This document shows positions 19,832-29,660 of a stretch of DNA of 64,000 bases, in pieces. Made by a program: the position numbers and the translations under genes. The notes below the pieces were generated by a model, which was given only the letters and a program-made list of their open reading frames with translations, ran no database searches and was not told the DNA's origin. Numbering within the stretch: position 1 is the first letter of the stretch; every line of letters starts with the position of its first letter. The stretch is from an uncultured bacterium (GTDB taxonomy: Bacteria > Verrucomicrobiota > Verrucomicrobiia > CAIQCK01), in NCBI GenBank assembly GCA_903870275.1, contig CAIQCK010000103.1, positions 3,819 through 67,818 on the forward strand, written 5' to 3'.

Positions 19832-20620
19832 ATGGCTATGATGTTCGGCAACCTGCTAATTCGAGCGGTCGGCGGCGTTCTTGTATTGAGCGCGGCGGCC
19901 TCCGCGACCCTGGCACAAACCGCCGGTGATTTTTTTATCCTCAAGATCGGCCAGCGCCGTGACGTCGTCATCACCCGCGCTGACGCGAAGAATCTCTATT
20001 ACCAAACGCCCAGCGGCGACGCGCCCATGCCGTGGCCGAGCATCAAGAACGAGCCGGGCAGTTGGAATCTGGCCGACCGGCCGGGCGTCAAAGAGGCGCT
20101 CGCCAGCGCCGATGCCGGCCAATACGCCGCCGCGCTGGCGGTCTTGAAACCGCTGGTGGAACGCTACATGGTGCTGCCGGTGCCGTGGGTCCAGGACGCG
20201 GTGGTCGCGGTGGTCCGGTGTCATACGGAGTTGAAGCAGTTCGCCGACGCGGACGCCGTGGCGAAAAAGTTTTCGGAATTCCAGCCCGGTCAGGCCAATC
20301 GCGTGAAGCCCTACCTCGCCATCGCGCTGGCCGGCCAGAAGAAGTATGACGAGGCGATCACTGTGCTCAGCGAAGTGGTCAAGTCCAGCGAAACCAAACT
20401 GGTCGTGACGTTCGCGGAGGCGCGGATGTTCGGCCTGGCGTATCTGGCGCTGGGCGACTGCTACGCTGCCAAAGGCGATGCCGCCAAAGCGCTGGAATGT
20501 TATTTGACGACGGCCGTCCTTTATTATCAGGATGAACCGACCGCCCGCCAGGCGCAGGCCAAGGCGGACGAATTGAAAAAGAAACTGCAACCGCAAACAG
20601 CCAAGGCATCCGATCAATAA
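19832..20620 (+). CDS. Secreted helical-repeat (TPR-like) protein
   Basis: Signal peptide MAMMFGNLLIRAVGGVLVLSAAASATLA. The C-terminal half has TPR-like helical hairpins (LAYLALGDCYAAKGDAAKALECYLTTAVLYY). It lies immediately upstream of exbB. Confidence 0.5.
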   Translation: MAMMFGNLLIRAVGGVLVLSAAASATLAQTAGDFFILKIGQRRDVVITRADAKNLYYQTPSGDAPMPWPSIKNEPGSWNLADRPGVKEALASADAGQYAAALAVLKPLVERYMVLPVPWVQDAVVAVVRCHTELKQFADADAVAKKFSEFQPGQANRVKPYLAIALAGQKKYDEAITVLSEVVKSSETKLVVTFAEARMFGLAYLALGDCYAAKGDAAKALECYLTTAVLYYQDEPTARQAQAKADELKKKLQPQTAKASDQ

Positions 20621-20677
20621 CAGCGTTTCACCACGAAAGCAAAAGTGCGTCGTCTTTGAGCCAACCGGAAATAACTT

Positions 20678-21646
20678 ATGAAAAATAAATTGAACATCCG
20701 TTTCGAAGCTCGTCATCGCTGGACGGCGGTCGCCACGCTGTTGGCTCTGAGCGCGGCATGGCCGGCCAACGCTTCGGCCGCGGCGGCTCATGAGACGCTG
20801 TGGGACACGCTCAAAGCCGGCGGTCCGATGCTGATCCTCATCGGCGTTCTCTCCGTGCTCACCGTGGGACTGATTTTGGAGTGCTCCTTCCGGCTGCGCG
20901 TGTCCAAAGCCGCGCCGAAGGCGATCGTGGATTTGTTGCAAAAGGCCATCGCCGACGGCAACTACCAGGAAGCGTGGCGCGTGTGCGACAAGAACCCCAC
21001 CTTCATGACCAACGTCCTCAAGCCCGCCATCCAGCGTGTCGGCCGCGGCAAGGAGGTCGTCCGCGAAATCATGTCGGACCACGCGTTGAAAGAGGCGATG
21101 GGCTGGCGCGCGCGGTGCAGCTATCTCTCCATGATCGGCGTCGTCGCGCCGATGTTCGGCCTGATGGGCACGGTGGTGGGCATGATTCACGCCTTCGCCG
21201 CTCTCGCCGGCGGCGGCATCATCGCCGACCCGACGAAGCTGGCCGGCGCCATCTCCGAGGCGCTGGTGAACACCGCCGCCGGTTTGTTTGTGGCGGTGCC
21301 TGGGTTCATGGCCTTTTACTTTTTCCGCAACCGCACGCAGGAAGTCATCGTCGCGGTTGAAGACGTCCTCAACATCCTCCTGGAGGACGTTCCCTACGAT
21401 CAGCTCCAGGGCATCAAGATCGGCCCGCAACTCGAAGCCGAGCTGAGCGGCGAGGCGGCTTCCACCACTCCATCCGGCGGTGAGGCGGGTTCTGCCTCTC
21501 CATCCGGCGAAGGAGCCGCGGGCGAGATGCCCAAGGCGGCGCCGGCTGCGGGCGCGGTCATCGTCCCCTGCCCCAACTGCAACGCGCAGATTCCGCAGGG
21601 CATTCCGACCTGCCCCAACTGCAAGTCCACGCTGGAGTGGGCCTGA
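20678..21646 (+). CDS. exbB: MotA/TolQ/ExbB-family proton channel with unusual C-terminal Cys4 zinc-ribbon tail
   Basis: Signal-like N-terminus, then the conserved ExbB core (GPMLILIGVLSVLTVGLILE ... LSMIGVVAPMFGLMGTVVGMIHAF ... EALVNTAAGLFVAVPGFMAFYFF). This is followed by an acidic/Ser-rich linker and CPNCNAQIPQGIPTCPNCKST. Confidence 0.8.
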   Translation: MKNKLNIRFEARHRWTAVATLLALSAAWPANASAAAAHETLWDTLKAGGPMLILIGVLSVLTVGLILECSFRLRVSKAAPKAIVDLLQKAIADGNYQEAWRVCDKNPTFMTNVLKPAIQRVGRGKEVVREIMSDHALKEAMGWRARCSYLSMIGVVAPMFGLMGTVVGMIHAFAALAGGGIIADPTKLAGAISEALVNTAAGLFVAVPGFMAFYFFRNRTQEVIVAVEDVLNILLEDVPYDQLQGIKIGPQLEAELSGEAASTTPSGGEAGSASPSGEGAAGEMPKAAPAAGAVIVPCPNCNAQIPQGIPTCPNCKSTLEWA

Positions 21647-21703
21647 GCGCGGGATGGTGTTCGAAGCCATGATGGTCTAGCTTGGCAGTAGCCGCGAGAA
21701 GCC

Positions 21704-22192
21704 ATGAGAAAAGAGTCCAAAGCCAGCAGGTTCATGAACGACATGGAGGATCCGGACATCTGCATCGCAGCGATGGCGGATTGCCTGTTCGTGCTCCTGA
21801 CTTTTTTCATGTCCATTTGCTCGCTGGACGTGATGCGCGCCACATTGGAGGTGGCGCTACCGGACGCGCTGAGCGCTCGCGAAATCAAGGAAGGCCGCCA
21901 GGGCTGGGCCTACATCCACATGGTCTGGCAACCGGTGGAGCGCGTCGCAGTGACCACTTTTGAAGGAAAACAATACACCGAGCCGGAGCAGCTCGCGCCG
22001 ATCCTCAGCCGGCGCATGAACGATACCAACCTCAAGAGCGCCTACATCCGCGCGCAAAAAGACTGCCCGTATATTTTCATCTCGCGCCTGACCAAAGTGA
22101 TCGCCGAAGCGGGCATTCCCAACCTGGTCTTCGGGACTTACGAGTCGGGCGGCGCGGGAGCCAAGGCCGCCGCCGCCGCAAAAAAACCATGA
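21704..22192 (+). CDS. exbD: ExbD/TolR-family biopolymer transport protein
   Basis: Single transmembrane helix (ICIAAMADCLFVLLTFFM) plus a periplasmic domain. The likely true start is the ATG at 21734. Confidence 0.7.
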   Translation: MRKESKASRFMNDMEDPDICIAAMADCLFVLLTFFMSICSLDVMRATLEVALPDALSAREIKEGRQGWAYIHMVWQPVERVAVTTFEGKQYTEPEQLAPILSRRMNDTNLKSAYIRAQKDCPYIFISRLTKVIAEAGIPNLVFGTYESGGAGAKAAAAAKKP

Positions 22193-22611
22193 GAACAGAA
22201 GCGCCGGAAGAACAGGAAATCGGTTTTCAGATCACGCCCATCGTGGACATCGTCGCGTTGCTGATCATGTTCTTCATGTGCACCGCCTCCAAGGTGAAGC
22301 CAGAAGGCCAGATCGGCGTCACCCTGCCCGGCTCCGGCGAAGGCGCCAGTGTCGCCGAAGTGGAAGTCTATCTCGGCATCCAGCCCGACGGCGCGGTCAC
22401 GTTCAACGAATCGCCCATCGGCACGCCCATGGACGACAAACTGCAACAGTTGCGCGACAAGCTCCAGTCCATTACCAAGCGGTTCGGCGACAAGATTCCC
22501 GTCTATATCGCGCCGGCGCCCAATTGCATGCACCAGCGCGTGATAGACGTGCTCGATGCCTGCGCCGCCTCCGGCATCAAAAACCTCTCCTTCTCCGAAG
22601 CAGCCGGGTAG
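22189..22611 (+). CDS. exbD: ExbD/TolR-family biopolymer transport protein (second copy)
   Basis: ITPIVDIVALLIMFFM transmembrane helix plus the periplasmic domain (VYLGIQPDGAVTFNESPI). Its ATG overlaps the preceding stop as ATGA. Confidence 0.75.
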   Translation: MRTEAPEEQEIGFQITPIVDIVALLIMFFMCTASKVKPEGQIGVTLPGSGEGASVAEVEVYLGIQPDGAVTFNESPIGTPMDDKLQQLRDKLQSITKRFGDKIPVYIAPAPNCMHQRVIDVLDACAASGIKNLSFSEAAG

Positions 22612-22717
22612 CGTGGTGCCGCCCCGGGTTTCTTCCTTCAGAGTCTGTTTTTCCGCCTTGCCTTCGACTGCGCCGGCTCCTACGTTGCCGTGCGTGGTCA
22701 GGCGACTCAAATGCCCC

Positions 22718-22912
22718 ATGAAAACGACCGACAGCTACAAGGCCAAATTGGATATCTGGGCGCGGGAGCACCAGCCATGCCCACAGCCGAAGATCGCCAA
22801 TCTTCCGCGCTTTGGTTCCAAGAAGTTCAACTCCTACGCCGAGCTGAACGCGTGGAAGAAACAGCTGCTCGAAACGCTGGCCAGCCGCGGCGGAGCGCGA
22901 TGGACGACGTAA
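22718..22912 (+). CDS. Small hypothetical protein (64 aa)
   Basis: MKTTDSYKAKLDIWAREHQPC...; overlaps the next gene by 13 nt. No recognisable domain, so weakly supported. Confidence 0.3.
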   Translation: MKTTDSYKAKLDIWAREHQPCPQPKIANLPRFGSKKFNSYAELNAWKKQLLETLASRGGARWTT

Positions 22913-23349
22913 TCCGCCTATTCAACCGGCATCGCGTGCGCTACTTGCTGATCGGAGGGCAGGCTGTGCGATTGGAGGGCATGCCGCGCTTCACCATGGA
23001 CTGGGATTTTTATGTTCCTGCGCGTGATGCGGTGAACATTGAAAAGATCAACCGTCTGTTGGCCGACGAACTGGACGCTCCATTGCTCCCGCTCGGCCCG
23101 CACGGCGAGAATTTTGTGCAAACCTATCAGACTCGCTGGGGAATCATCCAATTCCACCTCGGCGGTGTTGGACTTCCGGCTTTCGATAAAGCTGAAAAGC
23201 AAACCGTGGTTCATGTCACCGAAACCGGCGCCCGCGCGCGCTGCATGTGCACCAAGGACTTGATTGCGAGCAAGAAGCGCGCCGGACGCCCGCAGGACTT
23301 GCTCGACGTGGAGTTCTTGAAAAGAAAAACGGCGGCGAGTTCCTCTTAA
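22900..23349 (+). CDS. Nucleotidyltransferase-fold protein (minimal NTase / MNT-like)
   Basis: YLLIGGQAVRLEGMPRFTMDWDFYV resembles the GS/GG-x(n)-DxD core of minimal nucleotidyltransferases. 149 aa. Confidence 0.5.
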   Translation: MDDVIRLFNRHRVRYLLIGGQAVRLEGMPRFTMDWDFYVPARDAVNIEKINRLLADELDAPLLPLGPHGENFVQTYQTRWGIIQFHLGGVGLPAFDKAEKQTVVHVTETGARARCMCTKDLIASKKRAGRPQDLLDVEFLKRKTAASSS

Positions 23350-23411
23350 AGAGATCCGCCACCCGCTGCCAGCACACCCAGCCGGTGTCCGTGCAATTTG
23401 GAAAGAATAGT

Positions 23412-23439
23412 TTGACAAGTCAGGGGCGATTCCTAGGAT
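23412..23439 (+). promoter_or_regulatory. Sigma-70-like promoter for the fabG-acpP-fabF operon (TTGACA-N16-TAGGAT)
   Basis: TTGACA at 23412-23417 and TAGGAT at 23434-23439, 15 nt upstream of the fabG ATG. Confidence 0.35.
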
Positions 23440-23454
23440 ACGCGCGGCTTTTTT

Positions 23455-24198
23455 ATGGGCAATCTAAACGACAAAATTGCGTTGGTTACGGGCGCGGGCC
23501 GCGGCATCGGCCAGGCTATTGCGCTCAAACTGGCTGCGAACGGCGCTGATGTGGCCGTCGTGGACCTCAAACCTGAGTTCTGCACCGAGACGTGCGACAA
23601 GGTCCGCGCGCTGGGCCGCCGCGCCTGGGCGTACGGCGCCGACGTCTCCAAAGCCGCCTCCGTGGAGGAGACGGTCGCCAAGGTCCTCGCCGACTGCGGC
23701 AAGGTGGACATTCTGGTCAACAACGCCGGCATCACCAAGGACACGCTGCTCATGCGCATGAGCGAGGCGGACTGGGACATGGTGCTGGACATCAATCTCA
23801 AGGGCACGTTCCTCTTCACCAAGGCGCTCGCGCGCGATTTCGTCAGACAGCGCTCCGGCCGCATCGTGAACATCGCCTCCGTCATCGGCCTCGTCGGCAA
23901 CGCCGGCCCGTGCACCTACGGCGCGTCCAAGGCCGGCGTCATCGGCCTGACCAAGTCCGTGGCCCGCGAGTTGGCCTCGCGCAGCGTCACCTGCAACGCC
24001 GTCGCCCCCGGCTTCATCGAAACAAAGATGACGGCGGCCCTCGGCGAGGAGATCCGGCAGAAGCTGATGACCCAAATCCCGCTGCGCCGGCTCGGTTCCC
24101 CCGAGGACGTGGCCAATGCAGTGCATTTTCTGGCAAGTGACCAGGCCGCTTACATCACCGGTCAGGTCTTGACAGTGGACGGCGGAATGGTGATGTAA
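23455..24198 (+). CDS. fabG: 3-oxoacyl-[acyl-carrier-protein] reductase FabG
   Basis: KIALVTGAGRGIGQAIALKLA (Rossmann), NNAGIT, Tyr-x3-Lys (YGASKAG). 247 aa SDR protein directly upstream of acpP. Confidence 0.9.
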   Translation: MGNLNDKIALVTGAGRGIGQAIALKLAANGADVAVVDLKPEFCTETCDKVRALGRRAWAYGADVSKAASVEETVAKVLADCGKVDILVNNAGITKDTLLMRMSEADWDMVLDINLKGTFLFTKALARDFVRQRSGRIVNIASVIGLVGNAGPCTYGASKAGVIGLTKSVARELASRSVTCNAVAPGFIETKMTAALGEEIRQKLMTQIPLRRLGSPEDVANAVHFLASDQAAYITGQVLTVDGGMVM

Positions 24199-24234
24199 AT
24201 AGCAAACATCTGAGAGAATAAGGAGAATACAACC

Positions 24235-24492
24235 ATGGCAGACAACAAAGGCAAGCCCACCTTCGAGCGCGTTAAGGACATTATTGTCGAACAGCTCGGC
24301 GTCAACCCCGACCAGGTGAAACCGGAAGCGCGTTTCATCGAGGACCTCTGCGCCGACTCGCTGGACACCGTCGAGCTGGTCATGGCTTTCGAGGAAGAGT
24401 TCGGCACCGAGATTCCCGACGAGGATGCGGAGAAGCTCCAAACCGTCGGCGACGCGGTCAAGTATATCGAGGAAAAAGCTCCCAAGAGCTAA
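24235..24492 (+). CDS. acpP: Acyl carrier protein
   Basis: 85 aa. [21 protein letters not shown], with the phosphopantetheine-attachment Ser in the DSLD motif. Confidence 0.95.
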   Translation: MADNKGKPTFERVKDIIVEQLGVNPDQVKPEARFIEDLCADSLDTVELVMAFEEEFGTEIPDEDAEKLQTVGDAVKYIEEKAPKS

Positions 24493-24581
24493 GCTCCATT
24501 CGAGCGGTTTACACGGGGCATTGGTGGCGGCGCGACAGGACGCTTGACAACCGCACCCAATGCCCCAACTGTCTAATTCAT

Positions 24582-25829
<1,248 letters not shown>

Positions 25830-25958
25830 GCGCCTTCCCGGGAGCGCGGGCATCCTGCCCCCCGACGTTCACGCGCAGGCGCAGCCAGTTAGAAGGCGGT
25901 TGATGGAACCGTCTCTGTTGCGACCACTTTTTTTATCCATACTTTATTCGAACGCAGC

Positions 25959-26792
25959 ATGCAATTTACCATCGTCACACCCAGCTTCAGGAATTCTTCC
26001 TGGCTTAAGCTGTGCATCGCCTCGGTGGCCGACCAGGGTGTGGAGGCGGAACACATCGTCCAGGACTCCTGCTCCGATGACGGCACGCAGGACTGGCTGC
26101 CGCACGACTCCCGCGTCATCTCCGTCATCGAAAAGGACACGGGCATGTATGACGCGGTCAACCGCGGATTCCGCCGCGCACGGGGGGAATTGCTGGCCTA
26201 TCTCAACTGCGACGAACAATACCTTCCCGACGCTTTGCGCAAGGTAAGCCGTTTCTTTGACCAGCATCCCGGCGTGGACGTGATTTTCGGCGACACCGTG
26301 ATCGTCGGCCCCCAGGGCGAATACATCTGCGAGCGCCGCGCGCTCCTGCCCCATCGCCTCCATACCCTCATCAGCATGAACCTGAGTTTCCTCACGGCCG
26401 CCACCTTCATGCGGCGGCGGGTTTTTCATGAACTCGGACTCCACTTCGATCCAAGCCTGCGTGACGTGGGCGACGCCGAATGGACACTCCGTTTGCTCAA
26501 GGCTGGAGTGCGCATGGCGACGATGAAAGAATTGACCAGCGCGTATACGGAGACAGGAACCAACATGAGCCTCGGCCCGAATATGGCTCGCGAACGGGCT
26601 GTCTTCGCCCAAACCGCCCCGCTGTGGGCGCGCACACTGGCCCCGTTCCTCGTGGCCTATTTCCGGTCCCGCCGATGGCGCGCGGGGCATTACCGCTGCC
26701 AACCGCATTCGTATGTCATCTACACCAAGGACGGCCCCAACGAGCGAAAGCTCTTCCAAGCGAACCAGCCGACCTTCCGATGGTCGCGGTGA
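25959..26792 (+). CDS. Family 2 glycosyltransferase
   Basis: TIVTPSFRNSSWLKLCIASV, DSCSDDGT and NCDEQY (DxD-type) motifs. 277 aa. Confidence 0.75.
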   Translation: MQFTIVTPSFRNSSWLKLCIASVADQGVEAEHIVQDSCSDDGTQDWLPHDSRVISVIEKDTGMYDAVNRGFRRARGELLAYLNCDEQYLPDALRKVSRFFDQHPGVDVIFGDTVIVGPQGEYICERRALLPHRLHTLISMNLSFLTAATFMRRRVFHELGLHFDPSLRDVGDAEWTLRLLKAGVRMATMKELTSAYTETGTNMSLGPNMARERAVFAQTAPLWARTLAPFLVAYFRSRRWRAGHYRCQPHSYVIYTKDGPNERKLFQANQPTFRWSR

Positions 26793-26844
26793 CCCGTCAG
26801 AAATCACGACGAAGCACGCAACCCTTGATATGACCGCCCTTCTT

Positions 26845-27130
26845 CGCTGTAGCGGCGGTCTCCAACCACCGAGCTGTTCATTATCAACCTCAACTACACG
26901 CCCAACACCGCGCGCGAGTCGAAAGTGGACGCCATCCTCAACAACGCCCCCGGCTTTGGCGGCCACAACTGTTCCCTCGTCGCCAAGCGGTTCGTGTAGG
27001 CAGACGCCTGTAGCCGCCGACGTAAGGAGGCGGTCATGTTCGCATCCTCGATCTTTCCGCTGTAGCGGCGGTCTCCGACCGCCGAAATGTTCATCATCAA
27101 CAACCGGCGGTCAGAGACCGCCGCTACAGC
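26845..27130. repeat. Dispersed-repeat family 2 (CGCTGTAGCGGCGGTCTCC...) x2 plus a 25-bp-stem hairpin, and one copy of family-1 arm (27010-27033)
   Basis: Copy A at 26845-26888. Copy A' at 27058-27085, with its inverted partner at 27106-27130 (20-nt loop). A family-1 24-mer at 27010-27033 is followed by an ATG and a 9-codon ORF. The CTGTAGCGGCGGTC core also occurs at 9465-9478. Confidence 0.55.
26878..27000 (+). pseudogene. Diverged duplicate of the last ~115 bp of fabF (3'-end remnant)
   Basis: 26884-27000 aligns with fabF 25716-25830 with about 7 substitutions, including the stop (TAA versus TAG). It encodes ...[37 protein letters not shown], and no upstream fabF body is present. Confidence 0.65.
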
Positions 27131-27199
27131 CACCGCTTGTCCGCGTGACTTCCCCCGCCCCTTCTGGTAGAAACGCCGCCAAGGAGAGCGGCAGAGACG

Positions 27200-29605
27200 A
27201 TGAAGAAGTGGCTGAAGATTCTGTCTGTGGTATTGCTCGGGGCTCTAATGGCAACGGGCGCGTTCTTCGTCGCCAAACCGGCAAGGATGCCGGTGTTCCA
27301 ATCAACTTCTGTTTTCCGGCATTATCACACTTTGTGCGTGCCTTACCGCCGACCACCGGCGCTTGATGCGGCCGAAGCAACCCCCATATTGGAACACGCC
27401 ATCCAGCGAATCCGCCAGCGCCTCTTTAAAGCCCGCAATCGTTTGCCGGCACTGTCGGAAATAGACAAAGCAACAATCAAGGGATGTGACTTCACATATC
27501 GGAAAGGAGACGTCTCCCGCGATGAGACAGGCAAGCGGGTTTTTGATCCGCCGGATTCCTGCTACTTGTCCCTGCATGCCGAATATCCGTTCTGGGAATC
27601 AATGATGCTGTCAGTTGTTCCAAAGGAGTATTCAGTGTATGGGGATTGTTTTGCTGTCTACGCATCGGTAACTACGGAAACCGGTCAGTCCGAGATTTAC
27701 AAAATAATTCAGCAGGAAATGGACCGTGCAGTTGAAGAACTCCAAACGGCGGTCCGGTCCAAAATGCTCAAGGCAGGGGAAGGAATCTTTCTGGCCGTCA
27801 GAACCAGCGACGCCGCAAAGGTGGAGCAGTTCCTGGCCCGCAAACCCGAGTTGGCCAATGCCAAAGACACCCATGGGCTTGCGCCGCTTCATTGGGCACA
27901 AGACACGCGCGTTGCGGAGTTGTTGCTGGCGAAGAAAGCCGATGTTACCGCCAAAGACAACTTCGGTCTCACGCCCCTGCACTGGGCGGTCTATAATGGC
28001 CGCTTCGAACTCGTAAAACTGCTCGTCGCCAACAGGGCCGACATCAACGCCAAAACCACCGATGGCTGGACTCCCACGGACCTCGCCGAGGAACTGTACG
28101 GTGAAGCCGGGAAAGCAACGTCTTTTCTTCTCCAGCACGGCGGAATTCCTGGCCTGCCCGACGCAAGATTGATGGTAGTTCTTAGATGGCTCGACAAAAC
28201 GCACTTGAAGCGAGCGCTGCAAATGAAACCTAATTTCGTTGCCCTGAAGGACGAACAGGGGCGCACCGCACTGCATCACGCAGTTTTATCTCGCAACAGA
28301 GAAGCGGTGGAACTGCTTTTGAACGCCGGCGCGGATCCCAACATCAAGGACAATTATGGAAACACGGCAATATTGACGCCAAATGTCATGGTTGATCCAA
28401 AACTGCTGGAACTGCTGCTGACTCACAAGGCCGACCTCAACGTCATGGACGAGAAAGGCCGGACGCCTCTCGACCGTGCACTACTGGATCATGCATCAGA
28501 AATCGTCGCTCTTCTTCGCAAATACGGCGCCCAGAGAGGAGTAGAACCCCTTCGCAATACCATAATGCAACAAGACATGGGCGAACTGAAAGTATTGCTG
28601 TCATCCCAAACGGTTGACGTCAATAAGAAGGACCGTTATGGCAGTTATCCCGTTCATCTTGCGGTGTTTTACAAAAACATCGAAATGCTGAAGCTGTTGC
28701 TGGATCACAACGCTGATCCCAATGTCAGGGACAAAGAAGGTTATACATTGTTCCAAGTGTTCCTCGGATCCAAAGAAATGATGGCTTTGCTGATCGCCCA
28801 CGGAGCCGATGTTAACGCCAGAGACGGGTGGGGTGCCACGGCGCTTCATCATGCAGTCGGACTTATCAACAACAAGGAAGCCGTAGAGTTCCTCATTGCC
28901 AACAAGGCCGACGTCAACGCTGAAGACAAGAATGGCTGCACACCTTTGGATCGCGCATTTCGGCACAGCTCTAACCCGCATCACAGAATTGTGATTGATC
29001 TTCTTCGAGAGCACGGTGGCATATTCAAGAAATACCAGAAAGAAGCCAGCATCATGGAGTCACACCTCAAGAGACGGCAGTACATAATGGCTGGGATGCC
29101 TCTCTTTCCATACGGTTTAACAAACATAATTATTCGCCCGTTGCCGATAGTCCGCAAAAAAACATCGCTTACTCCTATTCAGGATATGGAGTTGCGGAAC
29201 ATGCCGGATGTGAAGGCCGCCAGCGAAGCACTGTCGGAAACTGGCAAAAAGTCTGCCAACGTGAGAAGAGCGACAATGTCCAAACTGGGATATCACATTG
29301 AGTCTCGCACTAATGGCACGTCGAATGTCGGGACAAGCGTATTCCGTGGGTGGTTTACTGCCGATGGGGAGCGGGTGACGACCAAGCAATTGACGGAATT
29401 CGACGATTTGCCGGACGTGAAGGCCAGTCGTGAAGCCACTGCACAAGCTGGCATGCTATACTGGGCAGTGAGGAGAGCAGCAACGACCACGCTTGTTAAT
29501 CAGACAGGTTATGGCACCAATCGCGCATCATCGGCGATTCAAGCACCGCCGGCGGGATCGGGCACGAATGGAGCGGTGCAGGTGAAGGGGAATGTGATGC
29601 GATGA
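27200..29605 (+). CDS. Secreted ankyrin-repeat protein (about 12 ANK repeats) with C-terminal tandem-repeat tail; low GC
   Basis: AAGGAGAG Shine-Dalgarno. Signal peptide MKKWLKILSVVLLGALMATGAFFVA. Repeated ANK consensus (G.TPLH.A...G....V.LLL..GAD.N.KD). Two C-terminal repeats, MPDVKAASEAL... and LPDVKASREAT.... GC is visibly below the genome background. Confidence 0.85.
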   Translation: MKKWLKILSVVLLGALMATGAFFVAKPARMPVFQSTSVFRHYHTLCVPYRRPPALDAAEATPILEHAIQRIRQRLFKARNRLPALSEIDKATIKGCDFTYRKGDVSRDETGKRVFDPPDSCYLSLHAEYPFWESMMLSVVPKEYSVYGDCFAVYASVTTETGQSEIYKIIQQEMDRAVEELQTAVRSKMLKAGEGIFLAVRTSDAAKVEQFLARKPELANAKDTHGLAPLHWAQDTRVAELLLAKKADVTAKDNFGLTPLHWAVYNGRFELVKLLVANRADINAKTTDGWTPTDLAEELYGEAGKATSFLLQHGGIPGLPDARLMVVLRWLDKTHLKRALQMKPNFVALKDEQGRTALHHAVLSRNREAVELLLNAGADPNIKDNYGNTAILTPNVMVDPKLLELLLTHKADLNVMDEKGRTPLDRALLDHASEIVALLRKYGAQRGVEPLRNTIMQQDMGELKVLLSSQTVDVNKKDRYGSYPVHLAVFYKNIEMLKLLLDHNADPNVRDKEGYTLFQVFLGSKEMMALLIAHGADVNARDGWGATALHHAVGLINNKEAVEFLIANKADVNAEDKNGCTPLDRAFRHSSNPHHRIVIDLLREHGGIFKKYQKEASIMESHLKRRQYIMAGMPLFPYGLTNIIIRPLPIVRKKTSLTPIQDMELRNMPDVKAASEALSETGKKSANVRRATMSKLGYHIESRTNGTSNVGTSVFRGWFTADGERVTTKQLTEFDDLPDVKASREATAQAGMLYWAVRRAATTTLVNQTGYGTNRASSAIQAPPAGSGTNGAVQVKGNVMR

Positions 29606-29660
29606 GTGAAGAGTTTGGAAATTCCGGCAACTCTTCACTCTTCATTCTTAACTTTTAACT
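29604..29660. terminator. Bidirectional rho-independent terminator candidate
   Basis: GAGTGAAGAGTT (29604-29615), a 13-nt loop, AACTCTTCACTC (29629-29640), followed by a T-rich run. It lies between two convergent genes. Confidence 0.5.

Noticed and set aside
18005-21670. Long ORFs 18005..19759 (+) and 19856..21670 (-)
   Set aside because: Antisense to the ClpX-like gene and to the TPR/exbB genes respectively. The opposite strands carry clear family motifs, and these translations are low complexity.
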